From assembly GCA_000004695.1 (NCBI GenBank), contig CM000155.2, forward strand, positions 320,001 to 384,000: a stretch of 64,000 nucleotides of DNA. Direction: 5' to 3'. Below are positions 54,291 through 64,000 of this stretch, in pieces. This DNA comes from Dictyostelium discoideum. Lineage: Eukaryota. The position numbers and the translations under genes were made by a program. Position 1 is the stretch's first letter. Each line of letters starts with the position of its first letter. A model generated the notes under the pieces. It saw only the letters and a program-made list of their open reading frames with translations, did not search any database and was not told the DNA's origin.

Positions 54291-55607
54291 ATAAAATGGT
54301 AATATACATCTTATCTATTAATAAGAGAATATTTTATTATTTATTATTATTTATTATTAAATTTATTTTAAAAAAAAAATAAAAAAAAAAAAAAAAATTT
54401 TAAATGATATAAAATAAAATAAAATAAAAAAATCATATAGAAAAAAAAAAAAATAAAAAAAAAATAAATCAAAAAATGCACATATAATCTTAAATAACAA
54501 TTTGATCATGTAAACACATATAAAAACCCCACTTTTTAATATAAAAAAAAAAAAAAAAAACTGAAACACAACCACAAAGTAAAAATAGCAATAAACATGA
54601 AAATAAACAATTCATCCTTTCTTTGATTGGGGGTGAAAAAAAAAAAAAAAAAAAAAAAAGTGGAACAATTACTTTTGTACTAAAGTGGCCACTAATATCT
54701 ATTATCTATTATTTTCAATATTATTTTTACTTTTTTATTATTATTATATTTATATTTTTTTTTTTATTCATTTTTTATTCATTTTTTTTTTTATTATTTT
54801 TATTATTAATATTAATAATATTATTATTTTTATTATTACTACTAATATTATTATTATTACTATTAACTATTATTGGATGACACTATTTTCTAAAGAAAGT
54901 AAAAAAGAAAAAAAAAAAAAAAAACACAATTTACAAGAAAATTTTATTTTACTCCTACTCTACCACAAAATAATTTTAAAAAATCTATATGAAGTCATTT
55001 TAATTTAAATATTGATGATGATGATGATGATGATTAATCAACCCATTTTTCATAATGCCAATGAATGAATAATTTATGGGCAAATTTATAATTTTGATTT
55101 AATCCAATCCAACCCCATTTTATTATAATAAATATATGACAAAATAAAAAAAATAAAAAAATAAAAATATATCATACTATACAATTATTTTAAAATTGTA
55201 TTTTGACTATAATATTTACTAATTTCGAATTGTTATTATTATTTGTTTTTTTTTTTTTTTTTGTTCTAAATATAGTTATTATTATAATATTATAATATTA
55301 TTATTATTTGGTATTATAAAAAATACTGTTCGAATTCATAGATTTTTTCTATTTATTTTGAATTTATTTTTAAACCAAACTTTTGATGTGGACTAAAACA
55401 AACTTTTTATTTTATTTTATTTTATTTTATTTTATTTTATTTTATTTTATTTTATTTTATTTTATTTTATTTTATTTTCTATTTTCTATTTTCTATTTTA
55501 TTATATTTTCTATTTTACAATTTTAGTTTGCTTAAAAATTACATTAAAACAAATTATATTAAAAAAAGAAAAAAAAAAAAATATTTGTTTTGTTTTTTGT
55601 TTTATTA

Positions 55608-55639
<32 letters not shown>

Positions 55640-55706
55640 GTATGGTTGGGAGTGAATTGAAAATTGTGGTTATTTATAAATTTAGGTTAATTTTTTAATT
55701 TATTAT

Positions 55707-55738
<32 letters not shown>

Positions 55739-56214
55739 GGGGGCCCCCCCTTTAAAAACAATAAAAAAAAAAAACAAAAAATATCTAAATCTAGATATGA
55801 AATAAATAAAACTCGATTGATTCAATAAAAATTACTCTTTATCTCTCTCTCTCTCTCTCTCTCTCTTTTAATTAAATTCTAATATTACTTTAATCTTTAG
55901 AAAAACAATAATTATTGGTATTATTTTGAATTTATTTATTAATAATTATTGGTGGTATAATTATAAATTTATTTATTAATAAAATAACTGGCTATAATAC
56001 GAAAACCAATCCCCATAATATAATATAATATAATATATAAATGATGTTTATAAAAATTACTTTTTTTTTTTTTTTTTTTTTTTTTAATTGGGTTTATAAT
56101 TTTATATTATAATCTAAAAATACTATTGTTATATTAAATTGCTGATATCGAAAAAAAAAAAAAAAAAAAAAAAATGCGAAAAAAAGGTTATAAAAAAAAA
56201 AAAAAAAAAAAAAT

Positions 56215-56262
<48 letters not shown>

Positions 56263-56382
56263 AAAAAAAAAAAAAAAATTTGGTTTTTTTTTTTCATATG
56301 AAAAACCCAGATTGAAACCGATCATTGGGTGTTTTGTTTTCAATTTTTTGATCTTTTTTTTTTATTTTTATTTTTATTTTTA

Positions 56383-56413
<31 letters not shown>

Positions 56414-56633
56414 TTATTTTTTTTTTAAAAAATAAAGCGACACCAATGACAACATTGTTCAAATTCTAAAAATAAAAATTCTATTTATTTTATTTTTTGT
56501 CATGGGGTGTCACTTTTTTTTTTTTTTTTAACCTTTTTTTAAAAAAATAAAATAAAATAAACAATTCTATTTTTAAATTACACATTTACAATAAAAAAAA
56601 AAAAAAAAAAGATTACTTTTTGTATTATTATTA

Positions 56634-57962
<1,329 letters not shown>

Positions 57963-58000
57963 TGTATATAAAATTAATAAATATACAAATACACAAATAT

Positions 58001-58034
<34 letters not shown>

Positions 58035-58346
58035 TTAAAAGATTTCTTGTTTTTTTGAAAAATAAAAAAAAAAAAAAAATTTTAAAAAAAAAAATTATTT
58101 GAAAATTAGATTTTCTAGCTAAAAATTTGGTTTGTAAGGGTGGTAGTGGTAATATTTTTTAAAAAAAAAAAAAAAAATAAAAATAAAAAAAAAAAAAAAA
58201 ATAAAAATTTGTTTTTTTATTTTTGTTTTTTTTTTTTAAACCAATCTTTTTTTTTTTCTTTCTCAAATTCTCACATTTTTACTTATTTATTTATTTATAT
58301 AAATATATTATAGATACCCAAAAACATTCAACACTGTTTCGTTGAT

Positions 58347-58389
<43 letters not shown>

Positions 58390-58402
58390 GAATATATTAA
58401 AA

Positions 58403-60189
58403 ATGAACTTTTTCAAGAGTAACAGTAACAGTAACAGTGATACTAGTAGTAGCAGTAGTAATAATACATCAAATGATATAAAACCAGAAAAAAAAGATTA
58501 TAAACATATAGATGATCCATTTCGTATTCATAGATTAACTTGCGAAAATAATATTGAAGAAATTAAGAAATATTTAGATAGTGAACCATATTATAAAGAG
58601 TTTATTGATATTAGAGATACCCATGGTTATTCAGCTTCTCATTATGCAGCACATGTATGTATTTTTTCTTTTTTTTTTTTTCCATTAATATTTTAGTGCA
58701 CTATTAACTTTATCAAACATATATATATATATAGTTTGGACATAAAAATATTATCGAATTATTATTAAAATATGGGGCAGATCCAACTAAAAAGAGCGCT
58801 GCAGGTTGGTCAGTAATTCAGGAAGCATGTGGAAGAAAAGATAGAGAAATTGTAACATTACTATTACAACAAATAAAGAATAAAATTGAAAATGAATTCA
58901 CAAAAAGAATGCCAATATTAGTTTCAGCACTTGAAAATGTAAATAATATACCCCCTCCCCATATAATTTTATAAACTAAATATATATATATATATATATA
59001 ATAACTAATAATTTTTATTTTTTTATTTATTTTTTAGATACCAGATTTTGAAATGGAATTAAAATGGGAAGTTAAAAGTTGGGTACCATTAGTAACTAGA
59101 TTTTGTCCATATGATACTTATAAAATTTATAAACAAGGATCATCATTTAGAGTTGATACATCAATTATTGGAATGGATGGTATTAAATTCATTAGAGGGG
59201 ATTTATCATTTTTATATAAATCTCAAAGACTATTTTCAATGGATAATATAAAACATACATATTCAGAGATGGAAATTGTAGCTTCAAAAAATCCAAAAGT
59301 ACATGATGAAGAAGTAGATATACTTTTAGATCAAACTATGAATAGAGTAAAATTAATGACTGATGAAATCGTTTTCACAAAATCAAAAACTTGGTTTGGT
59401 AATGAAAAAACAGAGAAAATCGGTGACAATGCTGATTGGAATGCTAAAATGTTTGATGTTACAAATGTAGATTTAAAAATTATGGCAAGAAAACCAAAAA
59501 GACAACCAAATCATCCACATTTTAATAAAGATCAACAACAATTAGAAGGTAAAGATAGTAGTAGTAGTGGTAGTGATGATGATGATAATAATAATAATAA
59601 TAATAATAATAAAATTACAACAAATATAGATGATAATAATAATAATAATGATGAAGATGAACTTAATCAAAATCCAATTGAACAAACAAAGAAATATATT
59701 GAATCATTAAAAAATGTAACTTATGAAATTAGAGATAGTACATTGAAATCAAAAATAATGGAACCAGGTTATTTTAAAGCACCAAAGAATTTTGATCCTT
59801 ATACACATGAACAAAATATTAACAAGTCAAAGATTAAAACTCAAGGTTTATTATGTGATGGTGAAACCGTTAGTGAAAGACATAAATATTTCAAGGGTAC
59901 AATTTGGATATCTGAGGAATTCCCTAGAAAAGTCACTGATCTATTACCAATTTTTGAAGTTTTATCACCAACCAATAAATTGTTTAGTAGATTATGTGAA
60001 TTTATCTCTTTGAAATTACCATCAGATGGTTTTCCTGTTAAATTGGATTTACCATTATTTCCAACTATTTCTGCAACTGTTATCTTTACAAAATATATTG
60101 AAAAGCCTGTTGATAAAAATTTATTTACAATTCCATCTCATTATATTGTAAAAACAACCCCACCATCTTCAACAACATTTACAAAATAA
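58403..60189 (+). CDS. ANKRD13-family protein (ankyrin repeats plus C-terminal ANKRD13 'GPCR-chaperone' type domain); join(58403..58654,58733..58936,59038..60189)
   Basis: Exon 1 ends ...SASHYAAH|GTATGT. Exon 2 (after atatatAG) reads FGHKNIIELLLKYGADPTKKSAAGWSVIQEACGRKDREIVTLLLQQI..., which restores a canonical ankyrin repeat across the junction, and ends GAA AAT|GTAAAT. Exon 3 begins at 59038 in frame with the 378-aa ORF. Introns are 78 and 101 nt. Confidence 0.75.
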
Positions 60190-60221
<32 letters not shown>

Positions 60222-60553
60222 TTAAAATTAATTATTTAATTTTTTAAAATTCTATTTATAGATTAAAAAATATCTATTTGATAGAGTTTTTTTTTTTTTG
60301 TAATTGTTTAATAAAAGATTGATTAAAAAAGTGGATATTTTTTTTTTTTCTTTTTCTAATTTTTTTTTTTTTTTTTTTTTTTTTTATATTTTTCTCTAAA
60401 AAAATAATGGTTTTTTTAAACATTTTAAAAACATGTTTTGTTTTTTTAAATTATATTTTTTTTTTTTTTTTTTTTCATTAACTTGGTCACATTGATCTAT
60501 TTATATACCAATTTTAAAATTGAAATAAAAATAATATACAAATAAAAAAAAAA

Positions 60554-61585
60554 ATGATTAAAGAAGAAAATAAATTTCTTTTTTATATTTGGAGAAATTT
60601 ATATTTAAAAAATAAAATTTTACAACAAGTTAAATATTTAAATAATAATATTTTTATAGTTGAAATAAAAAGTAAAGAAGAGTTATTAAATCATAAATTT
60701 AGAGATTTAATAAAAGTTATAATTTATAATTCAAATGAAGATATTTGTAAAGGTGATTTACCATCAAATATTGTTAAATTATCATTTGGTAGAGGTTTTA
60801 ATAAACCAATACCAAGTGGAGCAATTCCTTTAACCGTAAAGTCAATAACATTTGGAATGTTTTTTAATCAAAAATTAACTTTAGGAATAGTTCCATCAAG
60901 TTGTAAATTATTAAAATTTGGTGAATTTTATAATCAAAATTTAATACCAAATCAATCAATTCCACCAAGTGTTGAAAATTTAGAATTTGGGTTTATGTAT
61001 AATGAAAAACTAATTAAAGGTTCAATTCCATCAAGTGTTACTTATTTAACATTTGGGAATCAATTTAACCAAATACTAACAGATGGAATCATTCCATCGA
61101 GTGTGAAAACACTGATATTCGGTGACAGTTTCAATTTACCATTATTTAAAAATGCAATTCCATCAAGTGTGCAAACCTTGAAATTCGGTTTAAAATTCAA
61201 ACAATATTTAAACAAAAATTCAATTCCACCAAGTGTGAAATCATTAACCTTTGGAAACGGGTTTAATAAACCATTAACCAATGAATCAATTCCATCAAGT
61301 GTTGAATCATTAACATTTGGTAATTGTTTCAATAGAGAATTACTACCAGGTGTAATTCCACCAAGTGTCAAATCATTAACATTTGGAAATGATTTTAATA
61401 AACCATTAACCAAACAATCAATTCCATCAAGTGTTATCTCATTAACATTTGGTAATAAATTTAATCAACCATTACCTGACGGAGTGCTACCTCCAAATCT
61501 TTTAACTTTAAAATTTGGTAACTCCTTTAACCAACCGAAATCAAATATATCAATTCCTCAAACTGTTAAATCATTAAATTTTTAA
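60554..61585 (+). CDS. FNIP-repeat-containing protein
   Basis: About 11 tandem ~22-aa units of the form IP(S/P)SV(K/E)SLTFGxxFNQPLxxG. This is the Dictyostelium/giant-virus FNIP repeat. Single exon. Confidence 0.8.
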   Translation: MIKEENKFLFYIWRNLYLKNKILQQVKYLNNNIFIVEIKSKEELLNHKFRDLIKVIIYNSNEDICKGDLPSNIVKLSFGRGFNKPIPSGAIPLTVKSITFGMFFNQKLTLGIVPSSCKLLKFGEFYNQNLIPNQSIPPSVENLEFGFMYNEKLIKGSIPSSVTYLTFGNQFNQILTDGIIPSSVKTLIFGDSFNLPLFKNAIPSSVQTLKFGLKFKQYLNKNSIPPSVKSLTFGNGFNKPLTNESIPSSVESLTFGNCFNRELLPGVIPPSVKSLTFGNDFNKPLTKQSIPSSVISLTFGNKFNQPLPDGVLPPNLLTLKFGNSFNQPKSNISIPQTVKSLNF

Positions 61586-61634
61586 ATTTTTAAATTTATT
61601 GAATTTTTATAAATTTTATTATAATTGATGTTTG

Positions 61635-62658
61635 TTAAAATCTTCCAGCTTGGTAGTCTTTAAAAGCTTGTTGAATTTCAGCTTCAGTATTCATAACGAA
61701 AGGACCATATCTTGCAACGGGTTCATTCAATGGTTTACCAGCTACTAATAAAAAACGTACACCTTGATCTGAATCACCAGCGATAACATCGATTCTATTT
61801 CTATCCTGACCACCTTGTAAAATACCAATTTGTGAGGTTTTAACTTCTTTTCCTTTTGCCTTTGGACCGAATCTAGCAGACCCTTCAAAAACGTAAACAA
61901 AAGCTTGATGATCATTTGGAATCTCTTCTGAAAATGTTGAACCTGGTGATAACTTAACATCTAAATATAATGGATTCGTTACGATTCCAGCGATTGGACC
62001 TGTAATATTTTTATAAACACCTGCAATAATTCTAGTTTTACCTCCACCCTGTTCATCAACTTCAGGTATATCTTTAGCGGGAATATCTTGATAACGTGGT
62101 TCCATCATTTTATGAGATTTTGGTAAATTTACCCAGAGTTGAAATCCCCAAACCACCTTATCACGATCAACAATTGGCATTTCTGAATGAATTATACCTT
62201 TACCAGCCGACATCCATGACACAGAATTTGCTTTTAATAATCCATAATTATGTTTATGATCTTTATGCTCCATAGTACCTCTTAACATATATGTTACAGT
62301 TTCAAATCCTCTATGAGGATGTGATGGAAATCCTGCTATATATTGATTTGGATCATCACTTTTTTTTTTTTTTTTTTTTTAATTATTAATAATTTTATTT
62401 GATTTAATTTAATTTATAAAAAAATAAATATTAAAATTTATTATTTACCTTTTAAATTCATCTAATAATAAAAATGGATCCAAGTCACTTATTGGTCCAC
62501 CAATAATTCTTCTTAATTTTACTCCTAAATTAAAAAAAAAAAAAAAAAAAATGGGATTAGTGGTTTTTCCTAAAAAATAAAAAAAAAATAAAATAATTAC
62601 CAGCTCCATCTGAAGTCATCATTCCAGTACTAACTTTACTAACTATTCTTGAACTCAT
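61635..62658 (-). CDS. pirin (cupin-fold, Fe-binding); join(62601..62658,62449..62524,61635..62358); the upstream in-frame ATG at 63021 would add a 121-aa N-terminal extension
   Basis: E1 is MSSRIVSKVSTGMMTSDGA plus g, donor GTAATT. E2 is GVKLRRIIGGPISDLDPFLLLDEFK plus AG, donor GTAAAT. E3 is SDDPNQYIAGFPSHPHRGFETVTYMLRGTMEHKDH...: the pirin N-terminal metal-site motif, then the C-terminal cupin. Introns are 76 and 90 nt with consistent phases. The 62557..63021 ORF is the same frame read through to an earlier ATG (MVSHKHNRTNNNKYKNQYTIIFIIVIASLLYYFL.. plus Q/N-rich linker). Confidence 0.75.
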
Positions 62659-63675
62659 TTCTATAATATTATTATTTTTATTTATATCCTCTTCTTCTTT
62701 AATTTTATTATTATTATTATTATTATCTTTTAATTTTTGTTTTTTATTATTTAATAAATTAATATTATTAATATTATTATTATTATTATCCTTTTTATTA
62801 TTATTACTATTATTATTTAATGGTTTAAAAGTATTTTGTTGTTCTTGTTGTTGTTGTTGTTGTTCTTGTTCCCTTTGCTGTTGTTGTAAATATGTAGTTG
62901 TGGTTGTAGTTGTTGAAGATAAAAAATAATATAGTAAAGAGGCTATTACAATTATAAAGATAATAGTATATTGATTTTTATATTTATTATTATTTGTTCG
63001 GTTATGTTTATGAGAAACCATTAATGATATATTTATTGTATTATATATTTTTATAATTTTAAATATTTTATAGTCTTAAAACTATTTTTTTTTTTTTTTT
63101 TTTTATCATTTTATAATTTTATTTTTATACCCTCTGCAAATTTTAAAATGTTTTTTTTTTTTTATTTTATTTTATTTTTTTATTTTTATTTTTTTTTTTT
63201 TATTTTTTTATTTTTTTTGAAAAATTCTTTTTTTGGATCTGCAAACTCCGGAACCATAGATATTTGTCTTCTTGATTTATAAAGAACATAATAAATAAAT
63301 AATTAAATTTATTTGAAAAAAAATAAATAATAAAAAAAAAATAAAAAAAAATTTCTTTTTAAAAATACAAGAATATATACACAATCAAGAATAAAAGAAC
63401 ATTATATAATAAACATAAATGGATATAAAAAAAAACTTTTTGATTTATTACAAGTTTATGTATAAATTAATTAATTAAAAAAAGAAAATAAAAAAATAAT
63501 AAAAAATAAAAAAAATAAAAACTATTAATTTTTTTAAAATAATTTATACATATTTTTTATTTATAATTTTCTTTTTTTTTTTTAAAAAAAAATAGATATT
63601 TTTTCTATTTTTAGTTTTTTTTTTCTATTTTTTTATATTTTCTATTTTTATTTTTTTTTTTATTATTATTTTTTT

Positions 63676-64000
63676 TTATAATTTTGAACCTTGCATTAAT
63701 GCACCTAATTTAGTAGCTAAACCCATATTACCAGAAATCTTTAATTTACCTTTGGTGAAAGCAGATTGAGCATTTAATTTACCAGTCATAATATCAACAA
63801 AATCTTCATCTGAAACTGTGATTGTTACGTTTGGTTTAGTTGAACCAGCACCAACAACAATTGAACCAGAACCATTCTTTAAATCTAAAGCCCAAGCTTG
63901 GGTATTTGTACCTTTTTTAATGTTAATTAAATAGATACCATTGATTTTCTTTACTAATTCTGCACCTTTAGCACCAATGTTACCTTGAATGGTGGTGAAA
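63676..64000 (-). CDS. SCP2 sterol-carrier domain protein, C-terminal part (gene continues beyond the window end)
   Basis: The minus-strand translation ...GNIGAKGAELVKKINGIYLINIKKGTNTQAWALDLKNGSGSIVVGAGSTKPNVTITVSDEDFVDIMTGKLNAQSAFTKGKLKISGNMGLATKLGALMQGSKL then TAA (63678..63676) is a typical SCP2 fold sequence. Confidence 0.6.
   Translation of the reverse strand, partial: FTTIQGNIGAKGAELVKKINGIYLINIKKGTNTQAWALDLKNGSGSIVVGAGSTKPNVTITVSDEDFVDIMTGKLNAQSAFTKGKLKISGNMGLATKLGALMQGSKL

Overview
The window is nuclear DNA from a Dictyostelium-type social amoeba. It is about 78% A+T, with poly(dA/dT) intergenic tracts, (CAA)n-encoded polyQ and (AAT)n-encoded polyN coding tracts, short GT..AG introns of 70-190 bp, and a tRNA followed by an external B box. 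It is not prokaryotic: there are no operons, CRISPR arrays or phage modules, and every regular repeat is a microsatellite. About 20 protein-coding genes can be supported from the sequence. These are a Nopp140/SRP40-like gene, a small RDEL-tailed secreted protein, a 3-exon cytochrome P450, a 4-exon acidic gene, a TKL kinase with ankyrin repeats and a polyQ tract of about 40 residues, an SRRM2/Cwc21-like RS protein, a DMT-type transporter, a long coiled-coil protein, a CtIP/Sae2 homolog, an ANKRD13 homolog, an FNIP-repeat protein, a pirin and a partial SCP2-domain gene. A single tRNA-Glu(UUC) is also present. The most striking structure is a cluster of IPT/TIG-repeat surface-protein genes, which resemble the tgr family. 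Two singleton genes lie on the minus strand at 6.5-9.9 kb and 13.3-16.0 kb. A head-to-tail tandem array of about 3.5-4 kb units follows at 22.6-43.9 kb, and its units are 95-99% identical. The array holds three intact GPI-type copies and one copy with a transmembrane domain and an SLPPNQxE-repeat cytoplasmic tail. It also holds one copy with a nonsense codon in its signal-peptide exon, one frameshifted copy carrying a 627-bp in-frame internal duplication, and a decayed edge copy with an internal inversion. A hypervariable patch (DCH-x-YEEY) and mosaic segments point to gene conversion and diversification among the paralogs. Debris of the family is also scattered at 12.9-13.1 kb and 16.6 kb. 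Exon coordinates were worked out by hand and agree with the ORF track.
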